A stretch of 64,000 nt of DNA from Nitrososphaeria archaeon (GTDB taxonomy: Archaea; Thermoproteota; Nitrososphaeria; JACIWG01): the NCBI GenBank assembly GCA_963760525.1, contig CAVXDT010000014.1, forward strand, positions 120,203 to 184,202, written 5' to 3'. Positions 20,057-30,058 of this stretch are shown piece by piece. Each line of letters starts with the position of its first letter. Position 1 is the stretch's first letter. Made by a program: the position numbers and the translations under genes. Under the pieces are notes generated by a model, which saw only the letters and a list, made by a program, of their open reading frames with translations, was not told where the DNA came from and ran no database searches.

Positions 20057-20636
20057 GTGTCTTCTCTAGTTGGATGTTCCCGCAAACGCTCCCATAACCC
20101 TCTATAATTTCACCGAATCCTTTGTCGAAGATGTCTGAATGAGCGCTTTTCATTACTTGTTTTAGCAGGTGGACATCAACAGATTTGTCTTCTAACCTTG
20201 TTGAACGGAAGGCAAGTCCAAAATCAATAAAGTAAAGCTTCCCATCTCTTACTATAAAGTTCGACGTCGTAGGGTCTCCATGAAGTATGTTATGTGCATG
20301 CATTCTCGCAAGACTCCTTCCAGCCTCATTAAGCATAAGAAGTGCCTTTCTTAGGTCTATTTCAAAGAGGTCTTTCATTCTTGTTCCATTTACATATTCC
20401 ATTATTATCTCTCCATTAAATGGATCAACGTAGTAGATTATAGGAGTAAGAACACCATATCTTTTAACGATGCTCATATACTCTGCCTCTTTGATAGTTC
20501 TGCTTCTTCTTATCTTCTTGTCTAACTCCCCCCTCCAATAAGGCTTCGGTCTCCGTATTTTTCTGATGACTTCTATATCATTCCAGTAATCCAGGTAGAT
20601 GTTGGCTTCAGCGCCCATCTTGATTAGTTTCTCCAA
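20004..20636 (-). CDS. bud32: KEOPS kinase Bud32
   Basis: GAEA, HGDPTTSN, IDFGL, EDKSVD, RGRY. Confidence 0.95.
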   Translation of the reverse strand: MEKLIKMGAEANIYLDYWNDIEVIRKIRRPKPYWRGELDKKIRRSRTIKEAEYMSIVKRYGVLTPIIYYVDPFNGEIIMEYVNGTRMKDLFEIDLRKALLMLNEAGRSLARMHAHNILHGDPTTSNFIVRDGKLYFIDFGLAFRSTRLEDKSVDVHLLKQVMKSAHSDIFDKGFGEIIEGYGSVCGNIQLEKTLDNIREIEKRGRYAASD

Positions 20637-21619
20637 GTTACTTCAACCTCATCTATTCTCCAAGACTGTCTTACTGTGCTCTTTTCGATAGGTGTCAAGT
20701 CGTTTGATAAATATTGCAGAAGGCCGACGAGCGCTATTTGTGCTCCGCAATCTCCACTATACTCTTTCGGTATAACATGGAAACTCGAACCATGTACGCC
20801 ACACAGGCTTCCCATCATCTCTTGTAATCTTTTGTTAGCTGCAACTCCTCCTGTCAAAACTATCTCGTTTTTCTCGGAAAATGCAAGTAGTCTTTCTGTC
20901 ACTTCAGTAAGCATCGCAAACGCCGTTTCTTGAACTGAAAAGCACACATCATTCTTGCTCGCTTCTTTCTTTAGAAGGTTCTTAGCAGAAGTCAGTAAAC
21001 CTGAATATGAGACGTCATTTCCCTTAACAGTATAGGGCATATCAATGTAATTCTCTCCTCCTGCTGCCAAAGATTCAATTTGCTTCCCTGCTGGGGAATG
21101 ATATCCGAGTTCTCTACCAAGCTGATCAAAAAGCTGACCCAACGTGATATCAAGTGTTTCACCGAATATTCTCCACCTTTTGGCAAGATAAGTAGAGACA
21201 AGCGTGTGTCCTCCTGAAACCAGCACAATAACGGGATCTCTTACCTTAGCGAAGAAATTTGCGAGTTCAATATGCCCTATTGCATGGTTAACAGCAATAA
21301 GTGGTATCTCATAGTAGCTTGCCAGACTTCTTGCGACAACCGCTCCGATTCTTAAACATGGCCCTAATCCTGGTCCCTTTGAATAAGCTACTGCATCGAT
21401 GTCTTCTATCTTTCTACCGCTTTTTCTGAGTGCATCTTGAAGGACTCTTTTCGCGACTCTAAGATGGTGCTGTGCCGCTTCATAAGGGTGAATTCCTTGG
21501 CCAGGTGGCGGGACGAATGTGTCCTTTATATTCGAAATAATTTCTTTTTCTGAGACTACTGATACTGAAAATGTATGTGCTGTTGATTCTATGCCAAGGC
21601 ATATTTTGTCTTTTTCCAC
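20624..21619 (-). CDS. kae1: KEOPS t6A synthase Kae1
   Basis: GIESTAHT, GPGLGPCL, HAIGH, VSGGHT, GGVAAN. Confidence 0.97.
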   Translation of the reverse strand: MEKDKICLGIESTAHTFSVSVVSEKEIISNIKDTFVPPPGQGIHPYEAAQHHLRVAKRVLQDALRKSGRKIEDIDAVAYSKGPGLGPCLRIGAVVARSLASYYEIPLIAVNHAIGHIELANFFAKVRDPVIVLVSGGHTLVSTYLAKRWRIFGETLDITLGQLFDQLGRELGYHSPAGKQIESLAAGGENYIDMPYTVKGNDVSYSGLLTSAKNLLKKEASKNDVCFSVQETAFAMLTEVTERLLAFSEKNEIVLTGGVAANKRLQEMMGSLCGVHGSSFHVIPKEYSGDCGAQIALVGLLQYLSNDLTPIEKSTVRQSWRIDEVEVTWRN

Positions 21620-21670
21620 GCCTTTAGTATAATCAAAAATTTATTTATTTATGTTTATGATATCCAATGA

Positions 21671-22135
21671 ATGAGCCAAAGAAATTCCATCAAGTTGGAG
21701 GTGGAATTATCCTTCAATGTTCATGCAACAGAGGATGAACGTAAGATAATGAATTCTCTGAAGAAGAATCTTGATCTGGACGAATCTCTGCTATTCAGGA
21801 CGAACTTCGAAGGATATTATGGTAATCCTATTTCGAAATTTGAAGTCTCAGTGAAGGATGTTACTGCACAGAAGATCTTTGAAACCGTGTTCAAGAGCTT
21901 AGAATCGACTGTAATGGAAGATTTCCTAAAGCATATTGACAATCATATCGATTCCTCCAAGGGTCTTTACATTAGAATAAGCAAGGAAAGTTTGTGTGAA
22001 GACAAGTTTAGAGTTCAAGAAAGTAACGCGTTTCGTTTTAGGTTCAGGCCCAAAATAGGCTATTTGAAAAACGCGCGAGAATTCTATAAAAACGCTATAT
22101 CGCAGTGCATCCAGAAAGAAAGATTTAAATCGTAG
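21671..22135 (+). CDS. Exosome-cluster RNA-binding protein (DUF54/COG1325-like)
   Basis: HATED, GYYGNPI, LYIRISK. Confidence 0.85.
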   Translation: MSQRNSIKLEVELSFNVHATEDERKIMNSLKKNLDLDESLLFRTNFEGYYGNPISKFEVSVKDVTAQKIFETVFKSLESTVMEDFLKHIDNHIDSSKGLYIRISKESLCEDKFRVQESNAFRFRFRPKIGYLKNAREFYKNAISQCIQKERFKS

Positions 22136-22150
22136 GCAAAACGCCTAACT

Positions 22151-22222
22151 CTTGGGATGAAGTACAAGCCGTCCCAGACTGAGCCAAACTGGCTTTGAAG
22201 AACTCGCGACGAAACTGACCAA
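22151..22222 (+). ncRNA. Box C/D sRNA, predicted guide for 23S rRNA Gm2251 (E. coli numbering)
   Basis: C-like GGAUGA 22155-22160, D' CUGA 22179-22182, C' UGAAGA 22196-22201, D CUGA 22215-22218, terminal ttgg/ccaa stem; guide GCCGUCCCAG complementary to the P-loop CUGGGGCGGC. Confidence 0.75.
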
Positions 22223-22316
22223 ATATTACAATTTCTTTAACAGTAACGTTAAAAATAAAAAGGTTTAAACATGTGACTTAGAAGACTAATGTTTAGAAAA
22301 GAGAGGTGAAAGGGGT

Positions 22317-23048
22317 ATTTTCGGTCCATCAGCAGGCTACGATCGGGCGTTAACAATATTTTCGCCGGACGGACGCCTATATCAAGTAGAATATGCGTTA
22401 GAAACAGTTAGAAGAGGTACTGTTGCCCTAGGTTTGCGAGTAACAAACGGTGTCGTGCTAGCAGTAGAAGAGAGGGTTCGTAAACTTCAAACGCCATCAT
22501 TATCGCAGAAAATCTTTCAAGTGGACGATCACGTTGGAATTGCAGCAGCTGGATATGTTCCAGATGCGAGAGTTCTAGTTGATAAAGCTAGAGTTTTTTC
22601 TCAATACAATCGTCTTCTTTATGATGAAATAGCGGACGTGGAGTCTGTTTCCAAATATTTAGGCGACCTTACACAAGAGTATACTCAGTATGCCGGCGTC
22701 CGCCCTTTCGGCGTTTCCTTAATTATCGCCGGTGTGGATAAGAAAGGGTCTTCTGTCTTTCTGGTTGACCCAAGTGGAAGCTACCTGCAATATGAGGCGG
22801 TCGCAATAGGATCTGGCTCGGATCAAGTTACGCAGTTCTTAGAAAACAATTTCAACTCCTCGATGACAATCGATGAAGCCTCAGTTCTGGCTGTGAAGTC
22901 GATCTATTTAGTCAGTGAGGATAAAACTGGTGTCAGCCATATACGAATGGCTATTATTGATACTGACGCCAAGAAGCTCAGAAGATATACTGAGGAAGAA
23001 GTAACGAAGTTCGCGTCTCTGTCCAAGGAGAAGTTTGGCAGTTCATAA
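22317..23048 (+). CDS. psmA: Proteasome alpha subunit (probable ATT start; ORF track start at 22434 is too late)
   Basis: In-frame upstream FGPSAGYDRALTIFSPDGRLYQVEYA; GAGGTGA SD at 22303-22309; RPFGVS. Confidence 0.95.
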   Translation: MFGPSAGYDRALTIFSPDGRLYQVEYALETVRRGTVALGLRVTNGVVLAVEERVRKLQTPSLSQKIFQVDDHVGIAAAGYVPDARVLVDKARVFSQYNRLLYDEIADVESVSKYLGDLTQEYTQYAGVRPFGVSLIIAGVDKKGSSVFLVDPSGSYLQYEAVAIGSGSDQVTQFLENNFNSSMTIDEASVLAVKSIYLVSEDKTGVSHIRMAIIDTDAKKLRRYTEEEVTKFASLSKEKFGSS

Positions 23049-23062
23049 AGAGATGTATAGAA

Positions 23063-23758
23063 TTGAGTAGCAAATTCACAACTGTGCGTTTGACAGTGGA
23101 AGGAGAGCACTTCGAACTTTTAGTTCATCCAGATCCTGCTTTAAACTACAGAAGGGGCAAGGCCATGGAAATATCGCAGATTACAGCTGTTGAGGAGGTT
23201 TTTTCGGATTCTTCAAAAGGTCTGCGTGTTTCTCAAGAGAAGCTCAAGAAATCTTTTCATACGACCGATTTTTACACTATTGCAGAAACTATACTGAAGA
23301 AGGGTGAACTTCAACTGACCTTAGAGCAACGCAGAAGGCTTACTGAAGAGAAGAGGAAAGCTATCATAGCTGTTCTGTCAAAGAATTTCATAGATCCTAG
23401 GACAAATTCACCTTTTCCTCCAACAAGACTAGAGCAAGCTATGGAGCAAGCTCGTATCTCGATTGACCCATTTCGTCCAGCTGAAGAGCAGCTACAAAAT
23501 ATAATAGACGCGCTTCGCCCGATTATTCCACTCAAATCACAGAATGTAATTCTACAGATCAAAATACCCGCGCAGTATTCGTCAAAATCGATAGGCTTAC
23601 TGAAGTCCTTTGGCAAGCTTTCTAACGAACGATGGCTTTCTGACGGCTCCTACCTTACTGAGCTAGAAATACCAACAGGTTTGCATTCAAATCTCGTTGA
23701 AAGACTTGGTTCACTGACCAAAGGAGAGACAGAGATTTCAGTCATATCCAGAAAATAA
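23063..23758 (+). CDS. Ribosome maturation factor SBDS/Sdo1
   Basis: HFELLV, ILKKGELQLT, DPRT..P.PP.R. Confidence 0.95.
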   Translation: MSSKFTTVRLTVEGEHFELLVHPDPALNYRRGKAMEISQITAVEEVFSDSSKGLRVSQEKLKKSFHTTDFYTIAETILKKGELQLTLEQRRRLTEEKRKAIIAVLSKNFIDPRTNSPFPPTRLEQAMEQARISIDPFRPAEEQLQNIIDALRPIIPLKSQNVILQIKIPAQYSSKSIGLLKSFGKLSNERWLSDGSYLTELEIPTGLHSNLVERLGSLTKGETEISVISRK

Positions 23759-23772
23759 GGTGATTATGAAAA

Positions 23773-24450
23773 ATGGTTCATTCAAAAGTTCTTCCTGGTG
23801 ATGAATTGGGTGTAGCACCTCCAGGTCCACTACCTCCGAATACATACAAAATCGGGAACAAACTTTATTCTCTAAAAATAGGCCTGGCTGAAATTGAGGA
23901 AAAAGAAGTGAAAGTCATTCCACTTTCAGGTCCTTATGTTCCAAGGGTGAACGATTTCGTTGTAGGAAAAATAATAGACGTAAGTGCGTTCACTTGGGAA
24001 GTAGACATAGACTCTATATTCACTGCGCACCTCCCAGCACAAGATGTTTACGGAAGAGATTTCTCTTCAATAACAGATTCCCTAAATGACCAATTCAAGG
24101 TAGGAGACATGATAACTTGCAATATCATAGCATATGATAGGACCAGAGATCCGCTCCTAACAATACGCGAGCATGGTCTTGGCAAAGTTATGCGTGGAGA
24201 GACAGTGAAAATTTCACCCTCTAAAATACCTAGACTTATCGGCAAAAAAGGGTCTATGGCAAAAATTATAGAATCCAAAACGAAGACAAACCTTATTATA
24301 GGCCAAAATGGGGTGATTATTGTTCAGGGTCCTCCTGAAGGAATAGTGATGGCTATTAAGGCAATTCATTTGATAGAAGAAAAAGCGCATGTCTCCTTCC
24401 TTACTAGTATGATTAGTGAATTATTATCTAAAGAAGAATCAGGTGCATAA
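23773..24450 (+). CDS. rrp4: Exosome subunit Rrp4
   Basis: S1 plus KH domains, PRLIGKKGSM, IGQNG. Confidence 0.95.
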   Translation: MVHSKVLPGDELGVAPPGPLPPNTYKIGNKLYSLKIGLAEIEEKEVKVIPLSGPYVPRVNDFVVGKIIDVSAFTWEVDIDSIFTAHLPAQDVYGRDFSSITDSLNDQFKVGDMITCNIIAYDRTRDPLLTIREHGLGKVMRGETVKISPSKIPRLIGKKGSMAKIIESKTKTNLIIGQNGVIIVQGPPEGIVMAIKAIHLIEEKAHVSFLTSMISELLSKEESGA

Positions 24451-24452
24451 TT

Positions 24453-25172
24453 ATGGATAAATTGATTGATGAAAATGGTATTCGATTAGATGGGCGCAAA
24501 TGGGATGAACTAAGACCTGTGAAAATAGAGGTTGGTGTACTAAAGAACGCTGACGGGTCTGCTTATATCGAATTTGGAAACAACAAGATAATTGCGGCAG
24601 TATTTGGGCCAAGGGAAGCGCATCCCAAGCATCTTTCTTTACCTGACAGAGCAATTCTAAGATGCAGGTATCATATGTCGCCTTTTTCGGTTGAAGAGAG
24701 GAAACCTCCTCAGCCAAATCGCAGAGAAATAGAGATCTCGCTGGTTATCCGAAGGGCTCTTGAGACATCTGTTTTTGTAGAAGAGTTTCCGAGAACAGTC
24801 ATCGATGTTTACATCGAAGTGTTGCAGTCAGATGGTGGTTCACGTTGTGCAAGCATCACTGCGGCTTCTGCTGCTTTAGCGGATAGTGGTATACCTATGC
24901 GTGATCTAGTCGTTGGTTGTGCAGTAGGCAAAGTCGGCGGTCAGATAGTTCTTGACTTGAGCGATAAAGAAGACAAAGAAGGTGATTGCGATATGCCAAT
25001 TGCGTACATGCCTAATCTCGACAGGATTACGCTACTCCAGTTTGACGGAGAGTTCACTGTAGATGAATATATGAAGGCAGTGGATTTGGGTATAGAAGGA
25101 AACAAGAAAGTATATGGAATATTAAGGAAGGCTTTAATGGAAAAATACTTCAAGGTGGAGGATGAGAAATAA
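24453..25172 (+). CDS. rrp41: Exosome subunit Rrp41
   Basis: RLDGR, ADGSAYIE, QSDGGSR. Confidence 0.97.
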   Translation: MDKLIDENGIRLDGRKWDELRPVKIEVGVLKNADGSAYIEFGNNKIIAAVFGPREAHPKHLSLPDRAILRCRYHMSPFSVEERKPPQPNRREIEISLVIRRALETSVFVEEFPRTVIDVYIEVLQSDGGSRCASITAASAALADSGIPMRDLVVGCAVGKVGGQIVLDLSDKEDKEGDCDMPIAYMPNLDRITLLQFDGEFTVDEYMKAVDLGIEGNKKVYGILRKALMEKYFKVEDEK

Positions 25173-25988
25173 TTGTCGCTTCGGAAATCTCCTATAATGG
25201 AAACCATGAGAAAAGCACAAACGCTAGATTTACTGTCAAAGCAAAAGCGGGTTGATGGTAGAGCTTTAGACCAATATCGCCCAATATTGATAAGAACAGG
25301 GTTGATACAGAAGGCAAATGGTTCCTCAGAAGTTTCAATTGGAAATTCAAAAGTGATAGCAGGTGTAAAAATACAAACAGGGGCACCTTTCCCAGACACT
25401 CCTAATCAAGGCCTACTTGTAGTAAACGCCGAGTTCTTACCTCTTTCCTCAGCTCAGATTGAACCAGGTCCTCCTGACGAAGACTCAATAGAATTATCAA
25501 GGGTAGTCGATCGCGGAATTAGGGAATCCCAAATGATAGACCTTAAAGCTCTCGTAATAGAACCTGGAAAATCTGTATATTGCGTATTTGTTGATATAGA
25601 CGTACTGAATATGGATGGTAACCTCTTTGACACTTTATCGATGTCAGCTACGACAGCAATAGCTTCTGCCAAATTCGATAAGAAGGTAATAAAAGAAGAT
25701 GGGACTGAAGAAAATCAAAAAGTGTCATTACCCGTCCGTCTCATTCCTGTTTCCGTCACATCCATCATCGTAGGCGATAACATTATACTCGACCCGACAG
25801 AAGAAGAAGAATCGTTATTCGACGTTAGATTGACTTTAGTTTTTAATGAAGAAGGTAACTTGACAGCTGGTCAAAAGGGCGGTCCAATTGGAATATCTAG
25901 GGAGCAATTGTCTAAGATAGTGGATATTTCTAGGGCTAAGGCAGAAGAAATAAGATCCATTGTTAAAAAGGCGGTAGAGAATGCCTAA
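25173..25988 (+). CDS. rrp42: Exosome subunit Rrp42
   Basis: RVDGR, PFPDTP, EPGPPDE, DGNLFD, DPTEEEE. Confidence 0.97.
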   Translation: MSLRKSPIMETMRKAQTLDLLSKQKRVDGRALDQYRPILIRTGLIQKANGSSEVSIGNSKVIAGVKIQTGAPFPDTPNQGLLVVNAEFLPLSSAQIEPGPPDEDSIELSRVVDRGIRESQMIDLKALVIEPGKSVYCVFVDIDVLNMDGNLFDTLSMSATTAIASAKFDKKVIKEDGTEENQKVSLPVRLIPVSVTSIIVGDNIILDPTEEEESLFDVRLTLVFNEEGNLTAGQKGGPIGISREQLSKIVDISRAKAEEIRSIVKKAVENA

Positions 25989-26199
25989 GAAGAAAGCTAA
26001 AGGCTCAGCCGCGACAAAAGGTTTGGGTGGACGTTATGGTTCCACAGTTAGGAAAAGGGCATCGAAAGTGCTGGCGGTTGTCAGGCAGAGAAGACAATGT
26101 CCCTCTTGTGGCTCTTCGAGGTATAAGAGATCCGCTGCTGGGATATGGGCTTGCAGGAAATGCGGCCATACAGTTGCAGGAGGAGCTTACGAGCCGTAG
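25981..26199 (+). CDS. rpl37ae: 50S ribosomal protein L37ae
   Basis: GRYGSTVRK, CPSC, GIWACRKC, AGGAY. Confidence 0.95.
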   Translation: MPKKKAKGSAATKGLGGRYGSTVRKRASKVLAVVRQRRQCPSCGSSRYKRSAAGIWACRKCGHTVAGGAYEP

Positions 26200-26213
26200 A
26201 CTTGGTGAGTTTT

Positions 26214-26585
26214 ATGAGCGAAGAAATTCCAGCATGGCTGAAGGAAAGAATAGCTAGGTTTGAAGAGCTGCAGAGAAGTCTTCAAGCAGTTCTGCTCCAA
26301 AAACGACAAGTCGAACTTGAAGTTAGCGAAGTTGACCACTCGCTCAGTGAGCTTAAGAAAGCTTCAGTTGAAGATACAGTCTACAAGTTCTCAGGTCAGA
26401 TTCTAATTAAAGTCAAGAAAGACGAAATACTTAAGGAACTCGAGGAAAAACTTGATCTTGATAAAGCCAGAACCACAATTCTAGCAAAGCAAGAAGAAAA
26501 ACTTAAACAGAGTATGACTGAGCTCCAAAGCAAGATTAATAGCGCTCTGACCAGTCAGACTGGCCAACAACTGAAAGAAAGTTAA
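26214..26585 (+). CDS. pfdB: Prefoldin beta subunit
   Basis: Coiled coils flanking VYKFSGQILI hairpin; ATG at 26214. Confidence 0.92.
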   Translation: MSEEIPAWLKERIARFEELQRSLQAVLLQKRQVELEVSEVDHSLSELKKASVEDTVYKFSGQILIKVKKDEILKELEEKLDLDKARTTILAKQEEKLKQSMTELQSKINSALTSQTGQQLKES

Positions 26586-27605
26586 TTGAAAAATTCAGCG
26601 GTTTTCTCCAATATTGACGATTTAGATCTATCCAAAGTTAAGAATGTCTGTATTATTACTCATAGGTTCGGAGATATAGACGCGTTAAGTTCTTCGTACG
26701 CTTTAGAAGCAGTCATTTATGGAAACAATCCAAACGTGTCGGTCAAGCATGTCTTCCCTGACGGTCTAAATTCAGTTGCAGAAAAATTAAGAGGGTATGT
26801 CAACTTGGAATCTAGCAAGATAGAGGATTTCAAAGACTTCGACTTGATTGCTGTTGTCGATGTGGGTTCGCCTAAGCTTCTAAACGAATATTTTGGCATT
26901 GTGGATAACGCAGTCTGCCCTAAGCTACTGGTAGATCATCATCCCTTGCAAGAGGAGAGCAAACTATTCTACAATTACTTCTTCGTCAGTCATGATGTGA
27001 CTTCCTCCTCTGAACTTGTCCTTTCCCTCCTAGAGAAATACAATGTAACTCCGACGAAACTACTTTCTAACTTGTTGCTCTTGGGGATCCTCGCCGACAC
27101 GAGACATCTCTCAGCTGCAAACGAAAACACGGTGAAGAATGTCTGTCTATTGATAGATTTGGGTGCGAGTTTAAGATGGAGCGATAATATTCTTTTCCAA
27201 AGAAGAGAACCTTCAGAGGTTATCGCTAGGCTCAAAGCTTTGTCGAGAATCAATCTATATGAATCAGACGATACAATAATCTCCACCGTAAAGGTAGGTT
27301 CTTTTCACGCGTCAGTAGCTAAGTTCTTAATCGATGCTGGATGTGATATTGCGTTAGCATATGGAGAGGAAGACAATGTATTGAGAGGAAGCCTAAGATG
27401 TTCCAATCAGATAGGGCAAAAGGAAACTTTCTCCTTAAGTACTCTTTCAGAATCTCTTGCCAAGGTCTTTGATGGCGTAGGTGGTGGTCATAGGCTTGCA
27501 GCTTCATTCAACGTAAAATGCAAAGATGAGCAACTGATATCAGAATTCTTAAAGTCGCTAGAGAACATGCTCTCGACTAAAGTGGAAAAACTATCGCTAA
27601 AATAG
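26586..27605 (+). CDS. DHH-family phosphoesterase (NrnA-like)
   Basis: THRFGDIDA, VDHH, GILADT, GGGH. Confidence 0.88.
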   Translation: MKNSAVFSNIDDLDLSKVKNVCIITHRFGDIDALSSSYALEAVIYGNNPNVSVKHVFPDGLNSVAEKLRGYVNLESSKIEDFKDFDLIAVVDVGSPKLLNEYFGIVDNAVCPKLLVDHHPLQEESKLFYNYFFVSHDVTSSSELVLSLLEKYNVTPTKLLSNLLLLGILADTRHLSAANENTVKNVCLLIDLGASLRWSDNILFQRREPSEVIARLKALSRINLYESDDTIISTVKVGSFHASVAKFLIDAGCDIALAYGEEDNVLRGSLRCSNQIGQKETFSLSTLSESLAKVFDGVGGGHRLAASFNVKCKDEQLISEFLKSLENMLSTKVEKLSLK

Positions 27606-27647
27606 TAATATCCTTTTATATCATATTTTTGTCTGCGTTGTGGAAAA

Positions 27648-28499
27648 TTGCCACCGCTAATACAGTTCGTCAACCTAAGCTTCTCATATTCGGGTTCTTC
27701 ATCGCCTATTTTGAAAAATATAAACTTGTCTATTGAGGAAGGGGAATTTGTTTTACTGGTTGGCCCGTCTGGTTGTGGGAAATCAACATTGTTAAGATGC
27801 ATTAATGGGCTAATTCCCAATCTATACAATGGCGTCTATGAAGGGAAAGTGATAGTTGATGGTGAAATTGTAAAAGATAAAAACGTCAGCTTTTTAGCGA
27901 CAAAGGTAGGATTCGTCTTTCAGAATCCAGAAAACCAGATCTTTATGTTCACTGTGGAGAAAGACATCGTTTTTGGCTTAGAGAACATTGGTCTGGAAAA
28001 AGAGGAGATTCGAGAGAGACTCGAATGGGTTCTTAAAACATTGGATATTCAACATCTAAGGTACAAGGCTCCATACGAGCTTTCGGATGGCCAAAAGCAG
28101 AGAGTCGCCATTGCAGGAGTACTGGCGATGCATCCGAAAATCATAATATTAGATGAGCCAACTTCACTTTTGGATCCTAAGACCGCTTCTGAATTTATTC
28201 AAGTGTTAAAGGAATTGAACAGAAGCCTTGGGATAACAGTATTAGTTGTGGAACATAGGATAGATCTGTTATGTGAAGTAGCTGACAGGATTATCGTAAT
28301 GGGTGAAGAAAGAATTGAATTCGACGGTCCTCCTAGAAAGGTTCTACAGGAGAAGAGCCTTCACCTTTACGGTGTCACCATCCCACCAGTTATTGGTCTG
28401 CAGAATTCACTTTCCGAGTCGAATGTTAAGATAAATGGTTTTCACTTGAGTGTTGAAGGAATTTCAGAGGAAATCAAGAAAGAGGCTCATTTAGAATGA
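27648..28499 (+). CDS. ecfA1: ECF transporter ATPase EcfA1
   Basis: GPSGCGKST, FQNPENQ, LSDGQKQR, LDEPT. Confidence 0.92.
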   Translation: MPPLIQFVNLSFSYSGSSSPILKNINLSIEEGEFVLLVGPSGCGKSTLLRCINGLIPNLYNGVYEGKVIVDGEIVKDKNVSFLATKVGFVFQNPENQIFMFTVEKDIVFGLENIGLEKEEIRERLEWVLKTLDIQHLRYKAPYELSDGQKQRVAIAGVLAMHPKIIILDEPTSLLDPKTASEFIQVLKELNRSLGITVLVVEHRIDLLCEVADRIIVMGEERIEFDGPPRKVLQEKSLHLYGVTIPPVIGLQNSLSESNVKINGFHLSVEGISEEIKKEAHLE

Positions 28500-29314
28500 T
28501 TAAGACTGATTCATTATATTTCAAATACCCTACAACGGATTATGTGCTAAAAAATGTCAATCTAGAGATTGGCCTAGGCGAAATTGTCGCTATAATGGGA
28601 GGAAACGGTTCAGGAAAAACCACATTGATAAAGCACTTCAACGGCTTACTTAAGCCCACAAAAGGCACAGTCAAAGTCTTCGACAAGGACACACGCGATG
28701 ATTCAGTGGCTTCGCTGTCAAAAAGGATTGGTGTAGTATTCCAAAACCCTGACCATCAGATCTTCTCTGATACAGTATCAAACGAAGTGTCATTTGCTTT
28801 GAAGAACTTTGGGTTTGGGGAAGAAATAACAAAGAAAAGAGTCAAATGGGCATTAGAATTTTTCAACCTCGCAAAGTATGAAAATACTTCTCCTCTGCTC
28901 TTAAGTGGTGGAGAGAAGAAGAGACTATGCTTAGCCTCAGTATTGGCGTGGAATCCTGACTACGTGATACTTGATGAGCCGACTGTAGGTCAAGACTTCC
29001 TTCAGAAAGAGAAGCTCAGAGAAATTGCCAAAATGCTGGCTACACAGAGCAAAACAGTTGTTGTTGTATCGCATGACGTAGAGTTTGTCTGGCTTCTGCA
29101 GCCGAGAGTCATTCTGTTGTCAGATGGTGAAATTGTCTGCGATGGTCAATGCACGAGCGTCTTTAGGAATGAACAAGCTCTTCAAAGATGCGGTGTGATA
29201 AAACCTCAATTCGTAAAATTGTATGAAACGCTTCCTTCGTTAATGGATCATCCGCCTATAGATGTCTTCGAAGCTAGATCCATGCTTTTGAAATATCTTA
29301 AAGAGGATATTTGA
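28496..29314 (+). CDS. ecfA2: ECF transporter ATPase EcfA2
   Basis: GGNGSGKTT, FQNPDHQ, LSGGEKKR, SHD. Confidence 0.92.
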   Translation: MIKTDSLYFKYPTTDYVLKNVNLEIGLGEIVAIMGGNGSGKTTLIKHFNGLLKPTKGTVKVFDKDTRDDSVASLSKRIGVVFQNPDHQIFSDTVSNEVSFALKNFGFGEEITKKRVKWALEFFNLAKYENTSPLLLSGGEKKRLCLASVLAWNPDYVILDEPTVGQDFLQKEKLREIAKMLATQSKTVVVVSHDVEFVWLLQPRVILLSDGEIVCDGQCTSVFRNEQALQRCGVIKPQFVKLYETLPSLMDHPPIDVFEARSMLLKYLKEDI

Positions 29315-29315
29315 A

Positions 29316-30047
29316 TTGTTCTGGTTAGCTGAAGGACTAATATATAGGCGTCAAGAAGGTTTCTTTTACACTTTGGATCCTAGGGTTAAATTGTTTATTT
29401 CCCTAATACTCTTCTCTCTTTCGCTTTTAAGTAGCACGATACTGGAATTCGTGATAATCTTGCTTATTATTGTGTTGATCGGTTCAATATCCAAGGTTCT
29501 GAAACGAATGGGGAAAACTGTGGCCTTCTCATTTTCTTTTTTAGCTTTGGTTTTCGTAATAAACATCTTGGTAGGGTACGACTTGCTCTTTTCAGTAATG
29601 ATCTTGATGCGATTCATTTCCGTTGTATCTTCTACTTCCATATTCTTCTTGACTTCATCACCGGACGAGCTCGAACTTGTAATGAAGTCGTTCCATTTAC
29701 CCTATGATATCATCTTCGCTTTTACAACTGCCGTGCGTTTTGTGCCTGTTATAATGCTGGATGCGATACAAATACTGGATTCTCAACGCTCTAGAGGTCT
29801 TGAAATAGAAAAAGGGAACCTTGTCAAAAGAATAAGGAATTATATTCCAGTCTTGGTTCCCTTGATCGTACAGGCTATAATACGAAGTGAAGAACTCGCT
29901 GAGGCAATGGAGTCACGGGCATATGGGCTTTCCAAGAAGACCTCTTATTACTCTCTGAGATTGAGGAAGAGAGACTACCTTATCATGGTCCTGAGCATAT
30001 CTCCCACAATATTGTTTATATTCATCAAGTATATCCTACATATTTAG
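29316..30047 (+). CDS. ecfT: ECF transporter transmembrane subunit EcfT
   Basis: LDPRVK, RFVP, QRSRG, AMESRAY. Confidence 0.92.
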   Translation: MFWLAEGLIYRRQEGFFYTLDPRVKLFISLILFSLSLLSSTILEFVIILLIIVLIGSISKVLKRMGKTVAFSFSFLALVFVINILVGYDLLFSVMILMRFISVVSSTSIFFLTSSPDELELVMKSFHLPYDIIFAFTTAVRFVPVIMLDAIQILDSQRSRGLEIEKGNLVKRIRNYIPVLVPLIVQAIIRSEELAEAMESRAYGLSKKTSYYSLRLRKRDYLIMVLSISPTILFIFIKYILHI

Positions 30048-30058
30048 TCGAATCAAAC

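Noticed and set aside
22289..22326. Alternative psmA model using ATG at 22289 plus a BHB intron
   Set aside because: GAAAA/TTTTC can pair but no 4-bp central helix with two 3-nt bulges forms, and the ATG lies at or before the start site expected from the TTTAAA box at 22264.
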